In this document: positions 1 to 14,400 of the stretch, one piece after another
Layout: every line of letters begins with the position of its first letter
Position numbering within the stretch: the stretch's first letter is position 1
NCBI GenBank assembly: GCA_905331295.1
Contig: CAJNYD010000037.1
Location: 1 to 64,000 of the forward strand
DNA from: Rotaria socialis
Lineage: Eukaryota
Direction of reading: 5' to 3'
Length of the DNA stretch: 64,000 nucleotides
The notes under the pieces: generated by a model
What the model saw: the letters and a program-made list of their open reading frames with translations, nothing else
What the model was told of the DNA's origin: nothing
Database searches by the model: none
Made by a program: the position numbers and the translations under genes

Positions 1-290
1 ACATTTGTGAGCGAACGGAACGTCAGATTAAAGATTCGAAAACAGGTGTAAGCAGTTCGATCTCGATACTACTATCTTGCGTTTAAATGAGGTTTCTACG
101 ATTTTTGGTTCTCGAGATCATCGTGTCAGAAAACGACGAAAATGATGCGTACGATCTCAAGTAAAAAAGAAAGAAAAAAAAAAACTCGCGACGGATAACA
201 TAAATGCTTCTGCTTCGCATCGCATTAATAAAAAAATAAAAAGAACTCGCGACGGACTACATAAATGCTTCTGCTTCGCATCGCATTAAA
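1..290 (-). mobile_element. Possible end of a non-autonomous Helentron/HINE (DINE-1-like) element, running off the window edge
   Basis: Terminal stem-loop AATGC-TTC-TGC-TTC-GCA-TC-GCATT next to A/T runs, followed on the minus strand by a low-complexity T tract and GATCTCGAGAACCAAAAATCGTAGAAAC. The layout resembles HINE termini; the family call is an inference. Confidence 0.3.
183..289. repeat. Direct duplication of a 46-bp hairpin-containing unit (183-228 and 244-289)
   Basis: AACTCGCGACGGA(TA/CT)ACATAAATGCTTCTGCTTCGCATCGCATTAA occurs twice with 2 mismatches, separated by an A-rich spacer. Confidence 0.9.
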
Positions 291-315
291 AATGTTCGAT
301 TCGATCGCATATGTA

Positions 316-507
316 TTGATGTCAGCAGCGGCGGATGACGCTATCAAAAACTTGTATCGCTTGCAGCGGCGCAACGGCTAAACTTGTTTTATCGCAGCGG
401 TGGCTTCCCAAAAAGTCTTAAAATTACCAGCAATTTGGTGGCTACGGCGGCTAATATTATAGAAAAATCGGCTGCTGCGTCGGCTCAGCCGCACGGCTGA
501 CACCTCT
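316..507. mobile_element. Degenerate MITE-like element
   Basis: Left end TTGATGTCAGCAGCGGCGG versus reverse complement of right end AGAGGTGTCAGCCGTGCGG. Internal GCAGCGG/CGGCT repeats form a GC-rich island in AT-rich DNA. No clear TSD. Confidence 0.4.
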
Positions 508-1665
508 CTCTCTATATATATATTTCAAAAACATACATTCCTATTCAAGTTCAGACCAAAACCATTGAAAAATATACCAATCGATCGTCCGTCTCACGAT
601 GGAAAACTCTCGCAGTCGTTGAGTTGATATGATGAAAATATTTATTTTGCATGAAGATATTCAATTCATATGAAAGTGATAATATTTATTTGCAAAGATT
701 TATTTAAAATGATAAAAATCACAGTTAATGAGATTGATCAATGTCAGACTTCTCCAACTTCAAGCAAGAATTCATCAGATCTTCTCGAATGCTCTTCTAC
801 ATAGGAAAAAAGTCAGAGCGCGCATATTACTTCATTTTACATTTGGTCGACTATTTTCATCACTAGTTAACTTCAACGAGACAATTATATCAAGCAAACT
901 TCGTATACATTATTATTTTAATATCAGGATTCGAGTGTCTACATCTATTAATGAAAAAAGGATCAAATCGTGTTTCAGAAATTCAATCGAAATTGGTAAA
1001 TGTATTAGAAAACAGACGCTAATTTTTCGATAGAAATCACTCATGTTAGATTTAAAATATTCGATTCCTTTTTCTAGTTTGGACAGTTTTTATTTCCTGA
1101 ATCTCTGATGTCATCGTCAGTTCGAAATTCTCTATAAAGTTGAGTCAATTATTAACTTTTAATAACTGTTGTATTTTTGGTTTTTTGTTAAATCTTTTCG
1201 TTTGTTGACAAAAGATCTCTGCTGGCCAATCAGCAGACAAGACAGAAAAAAACACGAGAAGAAAGTTAGAATAAAGACAAAAGAAGAAAACAGTGCGTAC
1301 ATATATATGAATAAATCCGAAGTACGCAACAAGAAATATATACGTACACATCGAGCATGCATAGAAAATAGTTTTTAGTTTTTTTATTTGGTCTAAACAT
1401 CTGAGAGAGAACAATTCCATGTATGAAGACGGAAGAGAAAAAGAATCAGGCAGCAGAACTAAAAACATGTCAAACAGAGCAAAAGAAGAGTGAAAGTGAC
1501 ATAACAATCGTCAATCAAGAGAAGAGTATCACATCAAGAAAGAGCCAAGAAAACGAAAAAGAACCGAACATTTTTTGTTTGATTTTCTGTTATATATAAA
1601 TATAAACAAGAAAAATAAGAAGAGTTGGAAAGAGAAAAAGAACAAAAAAGAAATCATTGTTTTAT

Positions 1666-4600
1666 TCATGATTCGGATGTTTTTGGCTGCATCTGTTGAT
1701 GAGCATAAGCAGCAGCCATATCAGCATAGCTGTTCGGGGAACTAAATTATGTAGGAAATTATTGTTTTGAAATATATAATGAAATTCTTTTTTTCTTCTG
1801 ACGAGCATATCTTACATAGAATTAGCCGTAGATGATTGAGATGAAGAAAGCCCAGTAGCTTGTTGCATATACATATCGTAGTACTGTAAATAAATTGATT
1901 GAAAAAGTTCAGGCCCTGATAACGGTGGTGGAGGCGGTGGCGGAAGAAGTGGAGGTGGCGGTGGGGGTGGCGGTGGTAGAGCATTTTGGGACGAACGATT
2001 ATTTCTATTGTTATTACCACTGCCAGTACGGTTCGATGCTGACGATGATCGAGATTCATCAAAGGGTGGTGGAGGTTGAGAGAAATTACTTGAAAATGAT
2101 GAACGATTGTTATATGAAGATTGATCATAACGTGTTGGCACAGAATCGTAACGGCGAGGGCCACGAGATGAATTACTGTCGCGTTCTCGATGATAACCAC
2201 CACGATAATCAGACGATGAATCACCGGTAGAATCATGATAGGATCTTCGATTATTATTTCCGCTTGGATGATGTCGATTACGATCAAATTGGTGATGATG
2301 TTGCGATGTTTGTTGTTGTGAATGATGATGATGTGAATCATAGTCAGATGTTGTACCAGTATTTGTTGAACCAATTGTATTATTTACTTGTTCAGATCTC
2401 GAAGATTTTGTTAATGGCATTGTTGTTGTATGTTTAAGACGTGTATCTTTTACATTACGATTATTGTTAGTTGATTGAGACGATGATCCCCAGCCAGCTT
2501 TTCTATAGGTTTCATCTTGTTCTGTTTGACGATTTTTTGTATTTGATTGTGAATATGGATTATACTGCTGATGTTGATGATAAGAAGATTTTTGTGTTTG
2601 ACTCGATGATGAACTTTCTTCACTACGTTTTTTAACAAATGTTCGATAATATTTTCTTAGTTGACTATCAGTTAATTTTGTAGTAAATTTTGAAACAAAT
2701 GTCCATAAATGATAACGATATGTTTGATAGTCATCATCTGTTTTTGTTTTAAGAACAGTTTCAATTTGATCACCGATAGTTAATAAACATTTTTCGAATT
2801 CTTTTGTATAATCATCCTGAGAATCAAATGCATCTTCAGGTGCGTCAAGTCTGCTAAGCCATTTTTTCATTGGACGAAGTAATTCTCGACACTAAAAGAT
2901 ACACGCCATTCAATTTTCATGGTACGAAAGAGAACATTGACTTAAATATCTCATTCTATTTTGTTATTGCAAGAAGATGAACATAGGATGAAAGTACAAT
3001 TTATTTCTCAATACAGTCTGTCTCTATGCAGAGTTTCAAATCAGTGTATCTAATGTTTCACAGGTAAACTACACGACTCGTTTAAGAAATACTATGACAT
3101 AAAGTGATAGAGAAAATATTTACCTGTTTAAACATATCACTCGATGCATTTTCTTCTTCGTTTTTCGATGATTTCGATGCCTGAAATTTACAAGTAAGAT
3201 ACAAAAGTAGAAATGAAACATTTTTACTTTATCGTCAGTATGTGTATGAGCTCGATGTTCTGTTGGTTTCCGTTTCATAGATTTATTCGTTGTTGATTCT
3301 TCATCACCACTTGAATTATCAATAATTTCTTTTGATTTCGGTTGTTTTTCAGAATTCAAAGTTGTTGGTCCATTGACACGTCGTTTTATTTTTTTGGAAT
3401 CAGGTCCATTAATATGTTCTTCCGTTGTATTTTTCGACTTTTTCGTTGGTACTTGTGACACCGGAGTTTTCTTCTTTGTTATATCTTTTTTCTTATTCAA
3501 TGGATTATCATAATATTGTTTTAATAAACGTAAAAGATAATCTGCACGTGTTTGTAAATGATTGGCTTGTGGTTTTAATTGTTTATCATCAAGAAGAATT
3601 TTCGATGAAAGACCTAATTCTGGCTCCATTTTAATTTGTTCCCAATTGGAATAACCATATTCATAGATGCCACGTAAGAGAGCTTTATCATCTTCCAATG
3701 ACCATGAACATGACCAATGAACAGGTTTTATTTTAATCGATGATGGAAATGAAAAAGATTTTCGTTGTTCATTATGTGATTGAAAAATTTTTTTCAATGG
3801 TTCTAAATCACGCATAGAATTAATCAATTGTGTGGCATTGATTGTAACATTATGTATGCGTATTGTTGGAATTTTATCACGGTGATTCGTTGAATCGTCT
3901 TTAGGTGACGATGATGATTGTGTATGATTATTTGGACTTGTATCATTTTTACATTGTGCAACAGCCATTAAACATTCACTATGTATATAATTAGTTAATT
4001 CTTCAATATCTTGTCTTGATTTATCTTCTAATTCAGCATCCATTGTAATTAAATCGAGACGATGAAGTGGATCGGAAAATTTCTTGAAGCTTTTGATAAA
4101 TTTTCGAATTTCATTTGTTGTAAATTCATTCAAAACAATGTCCATATGTGAACGACGATTTGTATTATTATTATTATCCAAATCTGATTTTGAATTAAAC
4201 AATTCTACACGTTTACGACTGCGTGGTGGTAAGGCAGCTGTTAATTCAGCTAAACATTCATCATCAAATTTTTGTCTTTCAGATTCTGGTATAATATCTT
4301 TCCAACTTTTTGTTCTATTTACTATTGTTGTTGGTTCAATAACATCGTCTTCCATCGTTTGTATGTTAGCTATTTTAAATTGTGATAATAAATCTTCACT
4401 ACTATTGCGCATAGACGAATCATCATCGTGGCGAATTTCAGCACGATGAAGAATTTCATCGATATCAATCTTTTGCGATTCTTCTTCAATTGTACCTTCT
4501 TCGTGTACTGGCGTTTCTTTAAATAAATCTTCAGCACCAAATTTAATTATAGTATTCAATTCTTCCTTGGTCAATGGACGACTATCATTGGTTGTCGTTG

Positions 4601-7600
4601 TCGCCGATGTATTATTTAAATTTTGAAAGGCATTACGACCTGTTGTATCCATACGTTGAATAACTAAATGATCTAAGACCATTTTTTGTTTAGCACGTTC
4701 AATAATTGTTTCTTCAACGGATTGTTTGGCGACAAGACGATAAATATTTACTTGTTTTGTTTGGCCTATGCGATGAGCACGAGCTTGAGCTTGAAGATCA
4801 TTTTGTGGATTCCAATCACTATCATAGATAATAACAGTATCAGCAGTAGCTAAATTAATACCCAAACCACCGGCACGAGTTGAAAGAAGAAAAATAAAAT
4901 CCTCAGATCCATCACGATTGAAACTATTCAATGCTTGACGACGTATTTCACCTTTCATCGAGCCATCAAGTCTCTACAATACAAGATTACAAAATATTAT
5001 ATTTATTCAAAACCAATGGATCATTTTTGGACGCCTTCGAATTGACTAAGATTACATCACTCTACCGAAATCATGCTCACAGCTTGGAGCTAAAAAAGAA
5101 ACCTCTTACCATGATGAGCTTAACATCAATTCTATTGCAAGAGTGTGAAGGAGTAAACGACCAAACCTTACACTTCAACCTATAGTCGAATCTTAGATGA
5201 AAATATTTCACTTTTGCAAGCAAAATGTATGATAAATTCTTATACTATGATATTCCATTGATGATTAATTTTAACAATAACATATTACATTCAAGCGCTC
5301 AATAGCAGAGAAACTTAGGTCCTTTGAGAAGTCGACCGCTTTCCCATAAATTACATGATATTGAATATCTACTGATGATCGATTAATAAATATCAATCCT
5401 TAACTCATAATCTTATGCCAGTTGATCTTTCTAACTAATAATTTCTAGTAAAAATTTTTACCTGGAATGGAAATCGTCTTAATTTACAATATTCAGCTAA
5501 AATATTTAGCATCTTAACCATTTGCGAAAAAATTAATACTCGATGATTGCTTGCACGTAATTTTAACAAAAGTTTATCTAATAACAATAATTTTCCACTA
5601 CCTTTGATAATTTCCTGAATAAAATGAAAATAAATTCAATAAAAATTCTATACATATATTTAATATATCGGTATCTTACATCGAGCGTTGTATTATTTTC
5701 TTCATCACGTTTAACAAAAAATGCATGATTAGCACATTTTTTCAGTTCCATCATAATATTAATAAACGATGGCAAATTTCCTCCACGTTCATTGGTTAAA
5801 GCACGATAATTTCTTGTTAATATCCATTTATAATATTGCTTTTGTAAGCGTGTCATTTCGACCCGTAAAATTTGTTCCACTTTAGCTGGCAACGATTTTT
5901 CAACATCGCGTTTAACACGTCTCAACAAAAATGGTTCTAATTCTTTATGTAATTCACTTGAACGCTTAACGAGACTGGTATCGTGAGTTAACAATGATGA
6001 ATATTTGGCATCGAAATTATTCCAATCATCAAAATAATTCGGCATGATAAAATGTAATAATGACCATAATTCTTTTAAAGAATTTTGTAATGGCGTGCCG
6101 GTTATTAATATTCGATGTTGAGATTCGAATTGTATTAATGTACGATAGAGCATTGAATCATCATTTTTCAAACGATGTGCTTCATCAACAAGAATAACAC
6201 TCCAATTTATTGATGATAAATATTTGCTATCTTTTAATAAAAAGTCGTATGTTGTCAATAGTGCATGAAATTTCAATTGTTTCTTATTTCCCGATGCGAA
6301 CATTTCGAAGTGACGAATTTTTTCACGTGATACCATATCACCAATATATACAATGGTATTCATATGTGGTGCCCAACGTTGAAATTCTTGTTGCCAACCT
6401 TGAATTGTTGATAAAGGAACAACGATTATAAATGGACCATGAAAATTATGTTCTTCATATATATACGAAAGAAATGATATTGTTTGAATGGTTTTACCTA
6501 AAGCAAGCAAGAAAGAAAAAATTGAATTGTTTTTGTTTCAATAAATAATATATTTAAAGATGACGAAAAACTTAATGATTATTTTTATATCAGTTTATTG
6601 AATTCTAACATCTTCGCTATTTTAAATCTTACGAAATTAAGTCTTATGCAGAAGAAAGTACATCACTTATATTCTTCTCTGTTAAATTTTAAAAAGAAAA
6701 AGAAATTAAAAAATATTTACCAAGTCCCATTTCATCAGCTAAGATAACTGAATTTTGTTTACACCATGAATGTGCTAACCAATTTAAACCTTCTAATTGA
6801 TAATCTCTTAGTTTAAACTCGGTTTCATTTGGTGCTAAATACAATGGTTGTACTGTTATGGGTGAAAATCTTGGTCGAATTATGTTATTTTTCTTTCTTC
6901 CACTTGCACTGCTTTGTTGTTGTTGTTGTTGTAATTGTAAATCTTCATTTTGTTGTTTTAATCTTTCATGATATTCATCAATTTGCGATTGAAATCGTTT
7001 TCCAATTAAATTTCCATCTTCCCATGTGCATTCACTATATTGAAGACCATCCCATTTACATAGATAATCATATGAATTTTCTAGTTCACGATTTTTCTCA
7101 TGTGCTATAACACGTTCAACTTGTTGATAACCCGATAATGCTGTATCATTTAATTCTTGTTGACATTCAAATAATTCAATTTCATCCATATTAAGATTTT
7201 CTCGACGCCATGAACGTGTTTGTTCATGTTGTTTAAGGAAATTTTCTAATATACGCGAACTTTTAACATGTGCTTGTTGTAAACTTGAACGACTTTCCCA
7301 TGTATTATGTAAATGTGACCAATTTTTCCATTTAATTAAAAATTGTTGTTCACCATCAGACTGTGTTTCATCGTCACCATTATAATTTGCATTTGGATCA
7401 CCGAATTCATCGATATTATAAATAGTGGTCGATGGACCTGTAGCATCTTTTCGACCGAAACGTACCTTTAAAACTTTTTCAATTATTTCTGATGATGGTT
7501 CATCAGCAACTAATGTTACACCTTCACCAGATGATGATAAATTATCTGATGTTCGCACTTTTGTTTGACGCTTAGCTGTGTTTGATTCAAGATCTGTTAC

Positions 7601-9945
7601 TAGATTGTTTTTTGTTGATTGTTGATATTCATTTGAATTCGATTCATCATCATTATTTGAATTTTGATCACCGTCAGAATCAGAATTTGACGAAAGATGA
7701 CGTTGTTGCCTTTTCATTTTACGTCTTGCTGGATCATTGACATCATCGTCAGATTCTTCATGATAATTTATTGGATTTGATGCTGCTGTACGACGAATTT
7801 TTCGTTTATTTGTCGATGTCGATGAAGATACTCCGCTACCGCTTGATTGCTGACGGCGCGGCTTTTTTGTTGCAGAAGCAAAACTTGTCGATGATGATGT
7901 ACGTTGTCGTTTACGATTTGATGCTGATGATGCATTATTTGTAGCACTTTTGGAACGTTTTGTCTTAAGAAAAAAGAAATTCAATTCTAGGTTATACTCT
8001 CTAGACGATAAATATATCACAAAATAGATTGTATGGTCACGTATATTATCGATGACATCTAGTTTTTGTTTGATACTATACAGTGATATTTATTTAATAG
8101 ATAAAGATCAAGCTTTGACTATAATTGCTGTATCAACTGCATAGTCTCGAATATTCTCACTTGAAGAAAGAGATCATATTGATCAAGTAATTAAATGAAC
8201 TAGCAATCTATGTTGCATAATATGATTTGAATAAAGAAACCAGAGATGTCCCTAGTCAATCTTGGGAAACGTTCATTTTCCCCAGTGAAATTAAACAATT
8301 GTCGTTTTATTATTTTTTCGCTCGTCAAACATGACAACTAAAGGTGGACTCGCGATACTTCTGAAAGTATTAATATAAATTAATCATTCTTAAGATATAC
8401 TCCAGGTATTTATGAGAAACATTTTGAATGATATTTTTCCATTCACGTCAATCACTATTAACTACTGAAGTTCTTTACTTTTTACTGATTGTGAACATAT
8501 GTTGATAATCAATTTTTTGACATGACTAAAACATTTTATTATGTTAAATAATAGAATGAACCTTTTGACCGTATAAGTTCATTGGGCGGTCATCGAACAC
8601 TCGAAAGATACAAACCTGTATAGTATGAGTTCTCAATTAAGATTTCAACTTTAATTTAATTTAATCTGGAACAATGATTACTTTTTTTGAATTCATATTG
8701 TCTCCTTTAAATATCAAATGTGATCACTCATTGGAGTGTATTCTTTAAGAGAAATATAAGTATCATGCATTATTGTAATCATCGAATCAAATTGATATGA
8801 TTCATGCACAATTTTGAAAATCATTCTTCAATAATATTTTTATCTAAAACTATATTTACTTGTGTTTTCGATTTTGTTTTTGCTTGACCAAAACCTCGTT
8901 TTGATTTTGTTTTTGCCCGTCGTTTATCATCAAAGTCATCATCATCATCATCATCATCATCGTCGTCATCATCATCGTCATCATCATCATCATCATCATC
9001 ATCATTATCATCGTCTTCATTATCATCATCATCATTATCATCTTCAACGTCGTCATTTTCATCATCATCTTCACTAGCTTCTGCATCATCATCACTATCA
9101 CTTAATCGTTCTTGGTGTTGTTCAGATTCACCTGAGCTATTTGAATCATTTTCTATTTTAGTTACTGGCGTTTGTTTTTGACTATTACGTTGTCGCATTA
9201 AAAGTGGCTCATCTTCTTCGTCATCATCGAACCTAGCAGACGATGAAACAAAATGTGATAAACTAGGATTTTGTTCTGTTGGGTTGGATTCATCATCATC
9301 TATCAATTGATGAGGATCAGATGTTGTTCGATAATCGCTGTTCAAATGATGTTGAGTATTTAAATTGCTACACGAATAGAATTAAAATAAAGAAAATTCT
9401 TTTAAAAATTCTCTATAGATAAGTTATAACGTCGATCAAAGTTTACTCAGTTTCATTGGCAAGTTATTAGCTGTCAAAAAAACCGCAAAAAAGTCTTTTA
9501 AGTTAGCTGTTATAAAAATCGACCGAGAGAAAAACAACTGTTGTACTGGGAAATTTTCGATTAAAATTCATTCAAGAAGAATTCTATGCTAATTTTAATT
9601 TGTTCCTAATTTAATCTGATGAATTTCAATCCAAATATTCAAAAATATTCACTATATCTAATGAAAGAAATATTCTTCCCATATATGATATAGACTGAAT
9701 TTTTGCCAAGGTCTTTTCGATGGTTGGTAAATATATGTCTCAAAATATTGCTAACCATTTTAATCACTTTTATCGATTAAAAAATCAAAAGATTTACTTA
9801 AAAAACAGCAGCTGAACAATTTTTTTTGTGATAGAAAAGTACATAAAATAAATAAACATTGTAAACGACTTATTTATTTTTGTCTCGATCATATTGTACT
9901 TTATTGCTTATTAGTTAATAAACTCTAATTAAGTTACCTGAACAT
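1666..9945 (-). CDS. CHD1: Chromodomain-helicase-DNA-binding protein 1/2 (SNF2 chromatin remodeller), multi-exon
   Basis: An 8-nt first exon ATGTTCAG (9938-9945) splices in frame to the acidic exon. Tandem chromodomains ([32 protein letters not shown]). SNF2 motifs [59 protein letters not shown] region ([21 protein letters not shown]) and C-terminal CHCT-like segment ([10 protein letters not shown]...HLWTFVSKF). A 74-nt last intron (1742-1815) adds [29 protein letters not shown]. Confidence 0.95.
8926..9070 (-). repeat. Coding (GAT/GAC)n tract, poly-Asp in the CHD1 N-terminus
   Basis: Long ATC/GTC triplet run on the + strand. It explains the spurious poly-M and poly-H ORFs in other frames. 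Confidence 0.9.
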
Positions 9946-10048
9946 TGATTTTAATAAATAATAATAATATCATAAGGTGAGTGCACAAGCTCAACACATG
10001 GGGCGTATATGTTGTTTTATTTTCGATTTTGTTCTTCTACGACTGCAT

Positions 10049-10059
10049 CGCCATCTTGG
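10049..10059 (-). promoter_or_regulatory. YY1-like motif (CCAAGATGGCG) just upstream of CHD1
   Basis: CGCCATCTTGG on the + strand about 105 nt upstream of the CHD1 ATG, in a locally CpG-richer patch. Motif match only. Confidence 0.3.
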
Positions 10060-11411
10060 CTCTTACATACTCAAGACCTCTTTTCTAACAAACGGACGAT
10101 AGCGACGCCTTCGTCAGCTACTTTTCTCTTCACAAGATGAAATAAATATGTGAATAGCACAGTCGCGCAATGTCGCTTGCCGACGTCGATAGTTTATGAA
10201 TAGAAAAAGACAGCTGACTGTGAAGTAGCGACGACTATTATACACTCCTGAAAGTTATGCAGTAGCAAAAATAAAGAATGCCTAGGATTCAAATAGAATT
10301 CCAATAGAAAATAATATTGAGATTTGAAAAAAATCTTTCATATTATTCCAAAATATGTTTCAGTCTGATGAAAAATCTCAACTATCCGAATGACTTACCA
10401 TAAATTATCATTCCAAATATGATCTTCCATCAAATAAACTCATCCTGTAATAGAGAAATATAATATTTATACAATGTATTGAATAAAAAATGAATATTAA
10501 AATAAAATCATCATAATACATTACTTTCAATTGAATAGTTGACAGACTTTGTAAAGATCAAGCTCCCAATATTATTATGCTCATTCAAAAGAAATAAGAG
10601 ATTATGATTCTATTTTACGACACCATTTAATGAAAATTTCTTTTATGAAGAAAAAAAAATGTGCGAGGAGAAAAAGGTAAAATCACCAACAAAAAACACA
10701 CATATTTGTTTGATGAGAAAAAAATTTAAGAGATAATTTCAATCTACACGAAGAAAAACCGGCGATATATATGTGGAGGAAATAGGGCAAGTAGAAATCG
10801 TACATACACGAACAAAGGTAAATCGATTATGACAATAAATAAGGATAGGCAGATAAATATTGGAAGTATAATAAAGAGATCGAAGTAGCGCTAATGATTG
10901 GAAAGAAAGAAGAGAGAAAATTACAGAAACACACACACTCACAAAATATAGAAAAATAATTAAATATGATTGAAAGATTTTTTTTCTAGTTTTTTGTTTT
11001 CATGGGATACAAATTACAGTAGTGAAACATAGATTTAAGGGAATAAAGAAGTGTTCAGATCAAGAGAAAGAAAATGAGAAAGAAAGAAAAAAAAAAGAAA
11101 GAAATATATGTACTTGCAGAGATCAGGAGTGATAATGTCTATCAGATCAAATAGGTATAACGTCGAATGGAGTCTTTTTTAAACGTGTTTTTTGATTTGT
11201 GTTTTCATTTAAATCAGGTGACTAGACGATAATCGCAGAAAGGGGTGATAATCGATTGGGTGGAATGTTTATGAATCGACTACATTTGGCAGTAATGAGA
11301 ATAATTTGACGAAGATAATTAAATGAGATAAAGCATTGCACATGACAATAGGCGAAGTGTTTGATATTTTTCTCTCTGTCTCTTGATTATTTTAATGTCC
11401 TTTTTTTTTAT

Positions 11412-14400
11412 TTAAAGATTGCCAAATGGATCATTGACTTGCTGCTGATTTGGTTTAGGCTGTTGACCAAAAGGTGAAGCGCCAAATTGTGGCTGAGCAG
11501 CAAAAGGATTCGTACCAGCACCCATAGGTCGAGCTCCCATACCGCCGAAACCCATCGGCTAAAATTTAAAAAAAATGAAGTTAGTTTCAATAATTTATAA
11601 AATAAATGATACACCCTTCACTATTGAATATGTAAACCCGAGCAAAAATTCAGTAGATATTAAAAAGCACGAGCCTATAATATGTATATTTTTTGTTAAA
11701 TTCCTCCAACAAAAGCTCGTTCAAATATAACACAAAAGAAACTAGCTGTTTCAAAGCATAAGAATATCACGCATAAAATTTTCCCAATTTATGATAACAG
11801 CTTTATAGCAATAGCATTTTATATGTGGCAGCTTTTAATAGTTAGAATAAATTATTTTACCGAAACTTCCCCGACTACATTAACATGCTTAGTAAAATTA
11901 GATTATTACCACAGGATAATAAGGACGCGTAACATTCATCATATAAATCTATATAAAAAATAAGGTAACAAACAAACAAACATACATCCAAACTTTAAAG
12001 ATATTTAAGCTGCGTATAACCCTTTCTTTCAGAAAAGGGAATATCATCAAGTAGTTCACATCATATATCTTTCTCTCTATCTATCTATCTATATATATAT
12101 ATATATATATATACCCCTAAAGTGTTTCTTGTTTAATTTAGACACATCCACATTGATGAGCCATCATGGAGAACTGTTTAGTTAAAAAAGTTAGATTTAC
12201 CTACAATCAATGTCACTTTGTCAAACCACATGATTTCAAGTATTGAATAGATTGAATAATCTTATTCAGTACTCTTCTCATAGGGAGATTAAAATCTTTT
12301 TATAACTCCTCTCTAGTTTCCATGGAAAATGTTGTCGCTTCAATGCAATTAAAAAATCAATAATAAGTTCATCAATACTTTTTTCGAAAAGATACCGCTG
12401 AATCAAACTAAAAGCTGTTGGTCAATATAAACAAAGTTGAAAGACATTTTTTTTCATAATAAGATAGTCATTTTGATTATGAACCATGCAAATGATGCCA
12501 CTTTATTTATTTTTAATGAACTCGTAGGAAAAGGTATGCTTCTTCGTTTTCAAATTTTAATAAAAGGAAAAAAGTTTTATTATCGTTTTTATTGTTCATT
12601 ATTCATTTCACAAGTCATAAAGATTATTCAGCATGAATATGATAATAATTGACAGCTGCAGTCGTCCGTAGAAAATATGAATAGATAGGCATATTTTTTA
12701 TGCCTATCAGTTTCTAGTTTTATCGATTAAATAGAAAAAAACACAATTTCAACTCAAAAATATATTCAAGATAGTTCGATTTGTTTTGCAAGTAATTCAA
12801 AACTTTAAATGATTTTAGCATTAGAAATAGAAATGGAACTAGATAAATAGAAAATATGATATACATGACACGAATAGAGGATCATCTTAACTTTCAGTTC
12901 AATTTTAGAACTTTTAATTTATAAAACGATTCAATAAAAAGTACGAAATGATCTTTCTCAAAAGTCTTTTATAATGCCATAATATTGTTCAACAACATAT
13001 TATAAAATGATTTCTTTTGTCTTATTTCATTTAATTTGCTTGACATTATTTTTCCTACGAGATTATTGTTGATATTGTACATTTTTCTTCATGTTATACA
13101 TTAATAGTATTCACAACGCAAAAGACAAAGCTTCTCTTCAAGTAAATATTTACGAATAAATAGCGTAGTCTCTCTCGATCTGCATATGTGTCAGTGTGGG
13201 TGCGAGGCAAATTAGAAGAATTCAGTCTTAATAAGAAAGATAGTTTTTATTGGTTACTTACTGATTATGCTCGACTCAATTCTAAATTTTTTAAAGTCAT
13301 TCCAACGGTATATTTCTTCATATTAAAACACATCGAAGATAAAGCAAGAAAAAAGCTGATATAAAAGCATTTTTTCGTAGTAATACTGCTGCTGCTGTTA
13401 CAAACACATAAATGAAATCAAATGACTGACTCTCTTCGATGCAAAAAAAGGGGTACACGCAAAAAAAGAAGGAGAGTAGTGTATGTGCGCCCGCACACAT
13501 AAAGACAGCAGAGAGAGACGTTACTACAACTAAAAATAATGTGTCTTTGCGCAAAAGACGTTAGTGCGAGTTGTGTTTTGTATTTGGTCGTTGCCTGCTT
13601 GCCTCTCGTCACATTGATATGTGCGCATTTCATTACTTGTAAAAGCACATGTGTGAGTAAGAGAGAAGAAAATGACTGATGAAAGAAAGATACACGAAGC
13701 GATTCGGCAATTGTCGACTGCTTTTTTTTTCGCTAACTAAAATGTTTGAAATAGGGGTAGTCGTTATTATTTACTACCTGAATGAGGTAAGAAAAAACGA
13801 AGAAAGTGTGGGCGAATGCAAATAAATCATTGCTAGCTAGTTTGTCGACAGCGATGAGAGAGGGAGAAAAAAGGCTTGAATGCACCTGTATCATTTCAGT
13901 ACGAAGATAAGAAAAGAGCAAGAGAAAAAACAACACTCGACAAATGTATGTGGGGCAATGTGAAGAGCTCGAAAAATAATTTCGCGACAGCCAATAGCAT
14001 TTTATTGGCAAAGAGAAAAGGAAGGAAGAACGTCGAAACTACGTACTGAAGGACCACTAGGGGCAGCAAATGGATTGGTTGATGCTGCAGTTGCTGTTGG
14101 TTGCCACATAGCAGTTGGTTGAACACCAATCTATAAATAACATAAATAATTTATATAAAAGCTTAAAGCTATGAAAATATTTAAATTTTTTTCCGAAGAA
14201 ATCAAATAAAAACCACTTACACCCCCAAACGGTGCACTCATTGGTGGCTGATTTGGCCATGCTGTACTAGGACTAGCTATAGCGCCAGCTCCTATACCAA
14301 TTTTTTGATTTTTACCATCATTCGGTGTCCATTGATGATCTTTTCTATAAAAGAAAAAGAAAAAGAAAACAAAGAATGAAAATATCATTTGTAAATATTG

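Noticed and set aside
560..1033. ORF 728-1033 and surrounding coding-looking sequence
   Set aside because: Stops interrupt every frame and I recognise no domain. It may be a decayed relic but cannot be called.
1742..2374. 210-aa His/Ile-rich ORF and the antisense ORF 1895-2230
   Set aside because: Alternative-frame shadows of the low-complexity CHD1 exon.
8856..9101. Poly-Met and poly-His ORFs
   Set aside because: Frame shadows of the (GAT)n poly-Asp tract.
13262..13281. 20-nt AG...GTAAGT-bounded segment in the last PICALM intron (possible poison exon)
   Set aside because: Poor pyrimidine tract and an immediate TGA; expected by chance in AT-rich DNA.
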